DNA from: Yuukianura sp. NJ FZ-2021
Lineage: Eukaryota
Reading direction: 5' to 3'
Assembly (NCBI GenBank): GCA_046563655.1
Contig: CM102284.1
Coordinates: forward strand, 868,001 to 932,000
DNA: 64,000 bases
Part shown: one piece after another, positions 22,680 to 34,130 of the stretch
Position numbering within the stretch: the stretch's first letter is position 1
How the letters are laid out: each line of letters starts with the position of its first letter
Notes under the pieces: generated by a model
Databases searched by the model: none
Told to the model about the DNA's origin: nothing
The model's input: the letters and a program-made list of their open reading frames with translations, nothing else
Program-made: the position numbers and the translations under genes

Positions 22680-25073
22680 ATGTTCAAGTGCTACGCTGTT
22701 GCCGCTTTGTATAGCCAATTCCTCATACTTTCAACCCTCCAACTACAATTTCCCACCGACTTTCACCCCAATTGTGACGTAAATTTTCTAGATATCAACA
22801 TGGGTGACCGTCCAGTTGACCTTTCGAGGTCAATCGCAAGGTCAATGACCTTCTACCAACCAACTACGGTATATAAGTCATGGACACACAATGATTCTGA
22901 AACGAAGAAGTCAGCTGACAAGGGTGGTCGGTCCGGTAAACTCTACAACACGACTGGCATGACCATGGGCCCAGGTCTGCTCAACCGCACAAAATGTTCC
23001 TGGAACATTGTCTTTTCTTCAGAGTGCTTCAACCGAGCAATTCCGTCCATCATGTACCCACAACTCGACCGTACTTCAACCATCCTCATCCTTGCCATAC
23101 AGTTACCCCAGAACGATCAATCAGCCTGCTTTGTACCGCGGTACTTTCATATCTCTGGACTCGGTCACGCGCAGGCTCAAATTTACGTTTTTCTGCTTAA
23201 ACCGGACGGTTCAAAAATCGAATCTCGCTATGCCTTGAGTTATTTTTACAGCAAACCTTATAAACCGGGACAAATTGCCGAAATACCGCTCATGACGAAA
23301 CTTGAAACCGGAACGGAATTTGCCGATCTACGGTCCATTTGGTACCAGATCAATTCAAACTACCACGAAATCAGACTGTCCATTATTGAAGCTCCAAATG
23401 ACGCTGTCAGAGATCGGCACTTCAAAACACACGACAAGGGCGGAAGATTGATTAACTCTGCACCGTATGTCCAAGCATGGGAGGTTCATGCGGAGTTTGC
23501 TAATTTGGATTTTTCTTACCCCGAGTCAACTGATCCGCAATACAAAAGCCGACTTTTGACGGCTGAAAAACGTCTCGTTTTGGAATTAAAAAAGGACTTA
23601 AATTTCACATTATTGAGAGGGGAGGTGTCAAAAATCAATGAATTTCAAGATTCCCGCACTGCATCTCTTTACTATATAAGGCACTACAGTGGAAAGGCGG
23701 CACTTGGTGCCATTTTTTTAAATTTCAGACATATGAGCACAGACCAAGACATAATTTCTTCACGTGACTACGGAGTGGCTGAACACGTCGGAGCAAGTCT
23801 CAAACCAGGACTTATTTACTGCCGACATGCGAAAGAGGATGGAGATCCGATCGATTTTTTGTTTTGGTTCAACTATATCCAACCGAAAGCTTTAATCTGC
23901 ACTTTAGTCGCAGCTTTTGCAATAAGTATCACAAAAAGACTCAAAATTCTAGCAGCAATGAATTTATCAAGCGTCGTAAAATCAAAGTCGCAACACGCAG
24001 AAGTAACAAACTCACAGACGCGAAAATTAAAATATTCAAAATCAACTGAATCGCTAAACGCAGAAACACCAAAGTTGCAAAACTCAGAATCAACAAAATT
24101 GCAAAAGTCAGAATTAACAAAACTGCAAAACTCAGATTCAACAAAATTGCAAAATTCGGAAACGCCAAAATTGCAAAACACAGAATCACCAATATTGCAA
24201 AACTCAGAATCGGAAAAATCGCGAAAATTGACGTCGCGGAAGTCGAACAACTCAGCGCCGCAACGCAATAGAAAAGAACCAAAAGTCGGCATTTTTCTTA
24301 CTCTACTCTCCCTGATTATTTGCACCTCGTACGAAACTTATTTATCCAGTGAAGTTACGGTACCGCCACCACCATCAGAAATCGGAACCCTTCAACAGCT
24401 GATATCTCGCTACAAAATTATCATAAGAAAACAAGGCGGTAACATTTTCTCCTACAACGATGATGAACACTTCATTAAATCTAACTTTATCTACTGGTAC
24501 CTCTGGCACCTGTTCAATGTCACTGGAATTGTGGACTCTTTCGACAATTCTATCATCATGGTTAAGCGACACGTCAAAAATAGTGTTTCAATTGAGACCC
24601 TAGATGGCGCTGAACTGTTTACGGAGGCCTTCAATTTCAAGTCTCAGTTTTACCTCCAACATTTTGGACCGAAACCGGACAAACGCTGCAACTTGTTTCA
24701 CAAAAAGTTTGATCGAATTGAAACTAAAGTTTTGTTTTCCAAGTCCCCGAGCCCTTTAGCGTATCAGACGTCGGTTCGATTCCTAGAAGGAGGATTTCTG
24801 GACTTCTGGAGGGGACTTAAGGTCTACGTGGAGTCCTACTTGGACAAAGTGCTAACGGAACGGATGGAAGCAGAGAGACACCAACCCAAACCGTTTGTGC
24901 TCACCAACTGGCGAATTCTGCCGACGTTTGTAATTTTGGGCATTTTACTTGCGTTTTGCCTCCTGGAGTTCCTCTTTGAGCTCGAATTTTTTGCTTACAG
25001 AATTTTGCTGTCTACTTTTTCATTTGGCAAAATGAAAAAGTCGGCACGAAATTTTGAAATTTGCAAAATTTAG
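22680..25073 (+). CDS. Divergent ionotropic-receptor (iGluR-like) protein, single exon, 797 aa
   Basis: Long ORF with a signal-like N-terminus, an M1-like segment (FLFWFNYIQPKALICTLVAAFAI), M3-like LIICTSYETYLSSEVTVPP (cf. SYTANLAAFL), RFLEGGFLDFW in S2, and a final TM (ILPTFVILGILLAFCLLEFLFE). Confidence 0.7.
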   Translation: MFKCYAVAALYSQFLILSTLQLQFPTDFHPNCDVNFLDINMGDRPVDLSRSIARSMTFYQPTTVYKSWTHNDSETKKSADKGGRSGKLYNTTGMTMGPGLLNRTKCSWNIVFSSECFNRAIPSIMYPQLDRTSTILILAIQLPQNDQSACFVPRYFHISGLGHAQAQIYVFLLKPDGSKIESRYALSYFYSKPYKPGQIAEIPLMTKLETGTEFADLRSIWYQINSNYHEIRLSIIEAPNDAVRDRHFKTHDKGGRLINSAPYVQAWEVHAEFANLDFSYPESTDPQYKSRLLTAEKRLVLELKKDLNFTLLRGEVSKINEFQDSRTASLYYIRHYSGKAALGAIFLNFRHMSTDQDIISSRDYGVAEHVGASLKPGLIYCRHAKEDGDPIDFLFWFNYIQPKALICTLVAAFAISITKRLKILAAMNLSSVVKSKSQHAEVTNSQTRKLKYSKSTESLNAETPKLQNSESTKLQKSELTKLQNSDSTKLQNSETPKLQNTESPILQNSESEKSRKLTSRKSNNSAPQRNRKEPKVGIFLTLLSLIICTSYETYLSSEVTVPPPPSEIGTLQQLISRYKIIIRKQGGNIFSYNDDEHFIKSNFIYWYLWHLFNVTGIVDSFDNSIIMVKRHVKNSVSIETLDGAELFTEAFNFKSQFYLQHFGPKPDKRCNLFHKKFDRIETKVLFSKSPSPLAYQTSVRFLEGGFLDFWRGLKVYVESYLDKVLTERMEAERHQPKPFVLTNWRILPTFVILGILLAFCLLEFLFELEFFAYRILLSTFSFGKMKKSARNFEICKI
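24061..24228 (+). repeat. In-frame 24-bp coding repeat (KLQNSE[S/T]x), about 6 copies
   Basis: GCAAAA recurs at 24077, 24101, 24125, 24149, 24173 and 24197. Confidence 0.9.
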
Positions 25074-25741
25074 ACAAAGAGTACATAAATGCATATGACA
25101 TTGGTAGTAGAAATTAAATTTATGTTCAAGCAAATGTGGTAAATTTACGCATGTATTTATACAAAATCTGTAATCTGTACAAAAAAGTGTCCAAGTAATG
25201 AAATGTGCAAAATACAAAATAAATGGCAATTGCAAAAACAGGAGATAGAAAATTTCCTTACTTCAATGTTTTATTGTCATTGCAAAATCTGCAAATTAAC
25301 AAAATTTGGTCTAGCAGCAAAAAAATCGGAAAAGCTCTTTTTCGAATTTTATAAAGTCATTTTCAGATTTTTTGAAAAATTTGACTTGATCTGGTGAGAG
25401 AGTCGGCAATAGTATTTTTGATTCGAAACTGATCCAACTTTGTAATAAATAAATAAAGTAATCATACTTTAAGTACAATTGCATATATTTTTTTATAATC
25501 ACGTGCTATGGAATGAGTTTTACCTAATGGATGAACAAGGTTGCCCAAAACATCAAACTTTTTAAAGCTTAGCAACGACTTTTTTTAACACATCAATCCG
25601 TCATTTCATTAGTCAAATTAGTTCGGTATGGAGAAATTCTAATTTTTTAAAAATATTCGCGTATTTCCTGCGGATGCAATTTGAGGATGAAATAATAAAA
25701 ATTTAATGCAAAATGAGACGTTTTATTTGATTACTCTAAAC

Positions 25742-25966
25742 CAAGATTGGTACCTGCAGATTGTTTTTTGTACAACAGGTTATTCAATAACTTAGAGCTT
25801 TTAATTTAAATAATTTGCAAAACTTGCTTCGCCATGCCTGTAATGTAATGTAATAGGAATTGGTGCAAAACTTGGCACTAAAGTTTTTGTCATTCAAAAT
25901 TTCTAAAACTTGGAGTTGTTGAGCAACCTGTTGTAGAAAACACAATTTGGTTGTCAAGGAACCTTG
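25742..25966. mobile_element. CAAG...CCTTG MITE with 8-bp TSD (P-like)
   Basis: Flanks CTCTAAAC (25734-25741) / CTCAAAAC (25967-25974); inner inverted ACAACAGGTT / AACCTGTTGT. Confidence 0.7.
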
Positions 25967-26205
25967 CTCAAAACCTAACACTTTTATAAATTGCAAATCT
26001 ATTTTTCCTTCTAGTACTCAACGGAAATTGGACATTGTTCGCTCTGTAGTTGTGCTGAATTTTATTTTTTCGGAAAACTTCCACATAATTACGCTGTGAG
26101 CACTTTGCTTTATGTTACTAGCTTCGTCGGGTTTTAGTTTTTGGGAACACTTCACGAAAATACGCTGTTACAGCTACAATAAAATTCAAAAGAAGAAGTA
26201 CAACA

Positions 26206-27855
26206 ATGCTGTCCAAAGCAACGTGGAATTATGTTTTGAAAACAATCGATGCTGGATTCAAGTGGAAAGTTTATTCCTTCAGAATAGTTAGGACAACCCG
26301 TGGATATAGCGTCATCACTTCTCAAAACGTTATTGTTAACAAGGTGTTAATGGCGGCAACTTTGAGTGTCAACATACTGCTAGCTGCTTTGTCGACCTAT
26401 GCAGCATCATTGTTTCCACACATTCCTCAAATTTCTGCCAGTTGGGGTGCATTAGCTGTTGCCGCCGCATTTGTGTGTGGCTTTCAACTGTGGTACTGCG
26501 TCTACATGAAACAAATGTGTTCAGCAATTTCGTCCATGCTCAAGTTTTATGCTCAACTCCGTAAGTACAATATTTTAACTATAGAATTACGTCAAAAGTT
26601 AAGCTTGTCTAGGCTTTTTATAACGCTCCTGGCCATTTTTGTTCATTTACAGACAAACGACATGGCGTGCCACAACATGCTCCACAAGGAGATGAATTTG
26701 ATGTGACGTTCAAATTTATGTATTTGGCATACATGTATATGCAAATGTTTGGTACGGCTACAGCGGTAGGGTTCTTCTTGTTCACTGACAACCTCCTTAC
26801 GAATTCCGGCTACTTTTTCGTCGCTCATATGCTAAAGTCATTTACTGGAGCTGAAAGTATTAGCACTTATGTCGTGACATCAACGAGTGTTTTGTTGATA
26901 CTTGTTACGTGCTTAAGCATAGTCCATGCTGGATCCATACTCTACCTTTATGCCAACCTGCTACTCATATATGCTAATACATGTCGCCATTGGATGAAAC
27001 ACTTGAGGTATGAAGTATGCATATTTTGCAATACAATGATACGCTTTCAGTTCTATATAATAGAGCTGCCAAAATATGTGCTTAAAACCAGTGAAATATT
27101 TAGTTAATATTTACTACCAAAACCCGAATATATTTATCTAAGTATTTACTATAAACTCTTCAGTATTTATAGAACAAAGTGTCATGTAAAAGCCTTGATA
27201 TTTCAAAAATCGTGAAGAAATGGCGCCAAATGTTTATGATTCTCATAAATATTTGGTATTCTTTTTCTTCTCCAAATTCTTTTTTAAATCTTGAAATATT
27301 TTCTATTTAAATATATACGTTTGGCAGCTCTGACATGACAAAATGATTTAGGAAGTGGAATATTTTGTTTATAGGAAATGCATTTGCAACGCAAACACAA
27401 ACACAACCATGCGAAATACGCATGAAACGGAATTCACAGGGCATCAAGTCCTCAATGCATTCATGAACGATATTTTCGCCAATGTTACTGCTTTTGGGAT
27501 TTATTTCTCAGAAGTCCTTTTAATCCTCGGAACCTACAAATGCATAAGACTTGGCGAAAAAGACTTCATTGTGTTCGTACAATTGGTCGCCACTGCCGCC
27601 GGAACTATATTTGTCGGACTCAAAACTATAGTAAATCTGGGAGTACTCTGTTACACCAATTCTGCTGAATGTTGCAGAGCTGGCCAATTTCAAATTCATG
27701 AAGGGATGGGCTGCAGCCGCAGATTTTGGAAGTCAAAGAAGCAACTTGTCATGCGAGTAGGACAGCAATTTGTGATGGACTCGAACGAATTTCTTCTTAC
27801 GTTGTTTGGAGTAATTCTCACTGACAATGTTACTACTCTCCTTCTTACGTTTTGA
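26206..27855 (+). CDS. Divergent 7-TM chemoreceptor (GR-like), 3 exons, ~396 aa
   Basis: Exons 26206-26560, 26653-27007, 27375-27855 in frame; C-terminus RFWKSKKQLVMRVGQQFVMDSNEFLLTLFGVILTDNVTTLLLTF. Confidence 0.7.
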
Positions 27856-28382
27856 TCAAACCCACTCCCGCACTCTCCATTTTTAGCACATTTGCCTTAT
27901 TTTGCCAATTTTTACATACTTACCTTTTGTGTAATCTAAATAATTTATTATTGGCACTTTTCTCATGTATTGTTCGATATTTTACAATCAAAATATTGTG
28001 TTAAATCCGAAATCCGTTTTTCTGGGATCACACCCCATCCGTGGTAAGTTTGACTAATTATGGTTCTTAGTTAACTCGGATTCAGAATCTATACCAAAGA
28101 CTGATATAAAGCAGTTTTTTAATACTAAAAAATCTCTGACATTTTTTCTAGCAACGCCGATCGGAAGTTTTTAATGAAGAAAATTAGTAATTTACAATTT
28201 ATTGATGTTTGTTATGCAACATTATAAACTTAATGTAAGTTTCATCATATGCTAATTATATTTTGAAATAGTATGCATTATTTGTCAATGTATGTTATAC
28301 AAAAGCTTAGTATATATTTATACTATATAATTATGAATATATAGTATAAATATACATTTAAACTATTATATTATACTATAAA

Positions 28383-30127
28383 TTAGTCATCTTTTGATTT
28401 GAGAGTTTCTCTGGACATAGATGTCGCTTTGCAGCGCTGTAGTTTTGATTTGACCAAAATTTCCAATAATTCTTCGCGCTTTTTGTGCGAAAGTGCTTTA
28501 GGTGCAAGGTTGGTCGTTGGAGCAAATGGCTTGTTCAGATCTGAATACATCCAATCTTCAGCCGAAAGCATGCGACTCCCGGTGATCATGTCCATCTCAG
28601 CATGGATCACACGACAAAAGTCATCCAGAGGCTACCGGAAGTCAAAATTTCAAAATTCATAATTCAGAAAAGTCAAAATTTTCCCAAAGTGTTTTTTACC
28701 AAGTCATTTTCGTCATATCCAAATGGGTTTTCAATTTCGTAGGCTACAGAGAGTATGCCGAGGAGGCAAAACGAGCCGAGTCCCACAACTATCAGCGCCA
28801 TCCAGCCCATCGTGCCAATAATTTGAAACGGAAGGCTCAAAATGTAGAGCCAAACGGTGACGTGGAGGTGGATCGAGTAGGCCATTGGAATTGGCGTTTT
28901 CAAAATACGTTCAAAGTTTGAAAAAGTGTCAACCAAACTCGTAAGTGCTGCAGAGAACAAATGGGAAAAAGATTAGCGCAAGTTACATTTTTTTGTAGTG
29001 GAAAATGTGGAAGCAACTAAATTAGGTACACGTAATATACGAAGTAACTATAGTTTTGTGTAAAATTCGGAGGGAGTAACCATATACTTTGTTTCGTAAA
29101 TATGGAGGGAGTAACTATCTTGTAAAATGTGGAGGTAGTGTGTTTTATAAAATAGGGAGGAATTAACTATCTGTGTGTAAAATATGGAGTAAATGTATGG
29201 AGTAAATATGTGTTTTGTGAAATATGGAAGGAGTAAGTTCAATTTTTTCTTATGAAGTTTGGAGGGAGTAACTAAATATTTTTTTAAATCTTACAGTTTT
29301 GCATAGTGGTAATGGCCCATCCTGGTGCTAGGTTGTTTGCATTAACGTATTTGATGTACGACAGAATGTAGTAAGAGATTTCAATCGGTATGTTCGTGAG
29401 TGTCGCAGTGTCGTATGCCATTAGCTGCGTTCCATGCGCTCCTCTTTTAACACCAACGGCCCTTGAAGCTGCATCTAGCTGCTCCCTTGTACTAAATCTT
29501 GGTAAATGCTCAATGAGACTGCGCAGATCATCGTACTGATCAGAATATTCTGCACGCAGGTAATGTTTTGTAGCTACTGCAAAAGCCAACAGCAAATTTA
29601 GCGCCGATTTCTTCTCAATTAGCGACTTCGGTTCAGGTTCCTCTACTACCGCCCAAATGCATCGTGTTAACTTTCTCACATCTTGGATTATCTGTGTCCA
29701 TAGTTTTCTTCCTTCCCAGTATCTGTGAACAAGGCAAAAAATTTAAACGCGGGAGTTCCAAAATTCAAAATTTTAAAAATTTGAATTACCCGGCACTTAT
29801 TTGTTTCATAATTTACCTGTCATAGGCACTGTTTGTTCTGAAACCCAAGAGAAGTCCGACGACCACGCCCAGAATTGGAATCAAAGTTTGCGGGAAATCT
29901 AGTCGAATTACGGACGTGTGAACCACCAAAATACAAAACGTATAAATCAAAATCAACACAACTTTCCACCAAACTGTAACAAAAACTGTGCCGCGCAGAC
30001 GCATCCACCACAGCAAGTCGTCTCGACTTGCCCCACTTATGTCCTCCATCCCTCTAACTACTGCTTGCACTTCCTTGGATTCTACCAAACATTTGATCTT
30101 TTCTTCAAGAAACTTGATCTTTTCCAT
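28383..30127 (-). CDS. YneE/UPF0187-type (microbial/plant VCCN-type) bestrophin-like anion channel, 4 exons, ~411 aa
   Basis: Exons 30127-29817, 29722-29295, 28947-28700, 28631-28383 in frame; signatures LLLGFRTNSAYDRYWEGRKLW, FAVATKHYLR, ERILKTPIPMAYSIHL, EIENPFGYDENDLPLDDFC. Confidence 0.9.
29040..29275. repeat. Degenerate ~30-35-bp tandem repeat in bestrophin intron 2
   Basis: Recurring (T)GGAGGGAGTAAC(TA) / GTAAAATATGGA; an inverted single copy occurs at ~56795. Confidence 0.6.
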
Positions 30128-31849
30128 TTCAATCTCCAAACTTTTTTTACAAAGTTCAAAATTGATGCTAAATTTTTCTTGAGTTGGAGCCAAAAGTTAA
30201 ATTTAGAGCTATGGAGCAGCACGTACACAGATTTCCGTGAAAAAAAAAGTTCAGCAAAGTCAGTCACATGTTGAAGTTTTGAAAACTTATGAAGAAACTG
30301 TAAGTTTAAATGGAGACACAAAGTTATCTAAACTATGATTAATTAACCATAAAGTCACAATTAACTAAAGTATTAAAGTTGTAGATTGACTATTTGGGTT
30401 AAGCTTATCTTGGCGGCTGCGCTTACACTTTCAACTTTTCTGTCGAGAATACACAAAAATTGTTAATCTTAAACTTGGATTTTAATCAGCAAACCAGAAA
30501 AGTTTGGTTACTTTTTCTTGTTTTTCTTGTTGCATGACAACATTTGATACGCAAAGCACCAACAAACCATCTCCTTTGTACTTTTTTTTTTGAAGTTTCA
30601 AGGTCAAGGTCACCTAATGTTGTACTTTGGTTTATGTGCCTTATGTTGTGCCCATGGTTTGCTGTGCTACCATACCCATATATGATGTCACCTCTCGCCT
30701 AATATACAGTCTACATTAGCATTTACGGGGCATTGCTTTCACTCGTTTTCCACCAAAAACGGAACTTTTTCTTAACGCAGTGTGCAACTTTTTCAAAATT
30801 TTTCCACTTTTCACTTTATTTTTTGCTTATTTTTAAAGTTTTCAGAATAAGCAAGCCAATCAGTAATTATAAACAAACTTATCGGTTGATAATTGTTCGC
30901 GGAATTACCTGTGCTCCTTAGTATTATAATAAACTAATCTAAAAGTTTATGAAAACATGATTTCGCAAGCTTATCAGATCATAATTTCCGTCCACTTTTG
31001 TTGCTCATTCGTATGACTAATGAAAATAGACGCCACTCATTTGTCATAGAAACGAAGGCAAACAAAATGTGCAAAATAAACTACGCTCTTTGTATACTTT
31101 TTGCAAAGTTGCAAAAAATTGAATGTTGCAAAGATACAGAAAAATCCTCCTCTACCACATAGTGTTCCATACTCCAAAATCCAGCTTAGGAGGAAAGCAG
31201 ATTGTTCAATTGACAAAATTTTTATTTTTTTAGCACACAAGCATAAAGGCCATGCACAAATTTTTCCTTATTGTGCAAAGGACAACTGTTTGAGGTTATT
31301 TAAGTTCAGATTTAAAAAAATTAGGCCAGTCAGAATTAATTGACACTTCATCAGTTTTTGTGCTTCATTCATGTCAATCTCTTCCTCTTGTGGTTACGCA
31401 TTTGTGGTTGACTGTTCAATATTAAACTGACAGTTCCAACTTAAAAGTTTCAATTTTTTGGCAAGTGTTGGCTATCTTTTTCTTTATCTTTTGTGTTAGT
31501 GTTGCTACACTCTGCTAAACAGAGTAAGTTCAAGTTCCTATACTGGTAAGTCAGTGGGACACGAAGAATGTTTTTTGTATTGAGGTGCAGTAGGCTAAAA
31601 TTACACTTTGTGCTCCTTTAGTTTCTATTTTGAACTTTGTTTACAGGTTTCATTTTTGAAAAGGTCACTTTTTCACTGTTTGCATTGGAATTTCATGAAA
31701 ATGGAGTTGAGACACGTAGTGCTCAGAGTGGTAATAAACAAACCGGTGTTCGATTTTTTGTTGGGGTTTGAAACAAACCCAAGGAAAAATGTTGGTGTAA
31801 GTTGAACTTTTGAATTGAGGGGAATTTTTTTTTTTTGAATTTGTAGGAC

Positions 31850-33018
31850 ATGGGGATCCAAGGAATCCTGACGTATTTAATTTTTTCACACTTCAATCCA
31901 TTCATAACTTGCCAAAACCTTGGACCATCAACTAAGGTAAAAGTTAATACTAAAATATTAAACTTTACGTTAAGAATTTAACTAATCAGGTCAAAGGTCA
32001 GGTGAAACTTAACGTTAATGGAAAGATCAAGTTGAACTAAACAAATTTTGCTTAGGCCTAGTCACATCAGAGGTTTTATGACAAGTTTTCGCCGTTTTCC
32101 AAAGAAATTGAAAAACACAAGGATTTATTTGTTTTTAGTTTTTGTTTATTTTTTATTAAAAGTTTTATTTTGAAAAAAAAATCAATTATTTTACAAAAAA
32201 AAATTTCATTTGTCAAAAATTTGCAAAATTTTCAATTTTTTCTGATTCTGCAGGAACATGATACTCTGAGCGCCGGAGTTTCAAATCAGCCAATCATCGA
32301 CGAGACTTCAAAATTGACCGAAAAAAGTTCATATACTGCAACCTCCACTGTCGGATCGAGTGAAACTGCCCGGGAAATTTATCTCTTTTTTTCAAATGAC
32401 TTCGCCTTTGGTGCCATCATCGCCTCCATCATATTTCTCCATGCTTTCATCCTATTCGTCATGGGACAACCAATCATATCAAAGAGCGGGAAAATCAAAT
32501 TGTGGGAGGGAAATATCAACGGACCAGAAAATTCGCAACAAATTTCCGACTGGTACACTTTCAGCCATGTACTTCACGGAGCCATTTTCTATGGAGTGGC
32601 TGCAGGAATAGTTGCTCTCTTCCCATTGGCTGACGTTGGAGTCAAAGCGTTTTTCATTGGTGCGCTGCTTGTGGAAGGTTTATGGGAAGTGATTGAGAAC
32701 TCTCCTTGGGTGATTGAGCGTTACAGAGCAACTGCATTGGCCAATGGATATAACGGAGACAGTATTCTAAACAGCATCTGTGATACTGTTGCCATGTCAA
32801 TTGGCTTCTGGTTGGCCTATGTCCTCCCCCCGTGGCTCACCGTGACCTTGGCCATTGCTGAGGAACTGATTTTGGCATTCCTTATTCGTGACAACTTGAC
32901 TCTCAATGTGATTCAACTCATTCATCCATTTGAAGCAATTTCAAAATGGCAAACGGCGGGAAATTCAAACTCAAATTCAGCTGCTGAACAACAGAATCTT
33001 AATGAAGCAAAAGAATAA
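31850..33018 (+). CDS. DUF2585/UPF0314 family membrane protein (bacterial-type), 2 coding exons, ~283 aa
   Basis: Exons 31850-31936 and 32254-33018 (phase 0); motifs MGQPII..G.IKLW.G...ENSQQISDWYTFSHVLHG, WEVIENSPWVIERYR, GYNGDSILNS, IRDNLTLNVIQLIHP..AI..WQ. The first exon is less certain. Confidence 0.85.
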
Positions 33019-34130
33019 ACTACAGTCAAAACCGGAACTCAAAAAACTTTTTACATTTTGATAGTTTAATTTAAAAAGAACTTTTGTTTTTCTCAACTTT
33101 TAATTAACATAATTAACGACAAAATATTTGTGTCGCCTCTGCTTTTTAATTTTCACTTCACTTCGTGTTCTTGCCTTTCAAATTCAGTCCTCGATTAACT
33201 ACCACTTTGAAAATAACCGCAAATGGGTTTTGCTTAAATCTGACGCAAATATTAATTGCTGGTGCTGCATCGTTAGTGTGAATTCTTACTAATTGTTCCA
33301 ATTAGCGGAAAATTAATATGTAACGTCAACATTTTTTGTTTTGTGGTAGGACTTACTCAAAAGTTTTTTACATTTTTTATTTAAATGTTCAGTTTTATGT
33401 TTTTCTAGCAACTGCTTATTGGGTCCAAGAAAAATAAATTCAATTTTTGATTAAGCTTCTATAACTTTGACTAACAATGCAATAAAATTCTGGAAATACA
33501 AAAATTAAGGTGAGTTTGTGTATACCTTTCACTTTAGGTTATATAGCTTACCCAGTAATTGTACAAGTAAAAAAAGTAATTCCAGTAGAATTTCAAAAGT
33601 AAAAACGAAATTATTAGTTTTTTTAATGTTTCTTTATGATTGTGAAATATACTCTGTAAGTTACGTCGAAACTTATTTTTAATTCCGTGCATTCGCAGAA
33701 TTTTGATTTTATCTTCAAACGAATCTTTTAAATTAGCCGAGTTTCGTTGAAATTTTCGGCCCTGTTTTCTGTCATCAATCATAAAAATTTTAGTAACAAA
33801 CCGCTTAAACAAAGGCGGTTCAATTTGAACTTTTTTTTTATATATTTGCTTGCATGGAATCGCCACCAAGCATTCTGAACCATAAGCTAAATATTTCATC
33901 TTTTAGCCTGTATTCCAAAACTAAAACTTTTCCAAAACTTTTAGCCCATGTTTTCTCAAGGCGACAGTATAATTGCGGAAGAGTAATACAGCCGTTGTTA
34001 CCCAATAGCCGTATAAACTTTAATCTAACGAAAACATTAGACTTTCTAGTTTTAGTAGGTCAACATACAAAAAATTCTTAGAATCTTAAAATTGCATTTC
34101 TGGTTATGAAATAAGGTCAGTAGGTTAACC

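Noticed and set aside
23873-24325. Antisense ORFs with SEFCNF repeats
   Set aside because: Shadow of the 24-bp coding repeat on the plus strand.
32170-32253. N-terminus of the 282-aa ORF as listed in the track
   Set aside because: A/T-run sequence ending in a polypyrimidine tract and CAG; it is intron, not coding.
28383-33018. Bacterial or fungal contamination as the source of the two foreign-type genes
   Set aside because: Both have host-style AT-rich GT-AG introns and are contiguous with arthropod-type genes; read-level confirmation is still advisable.
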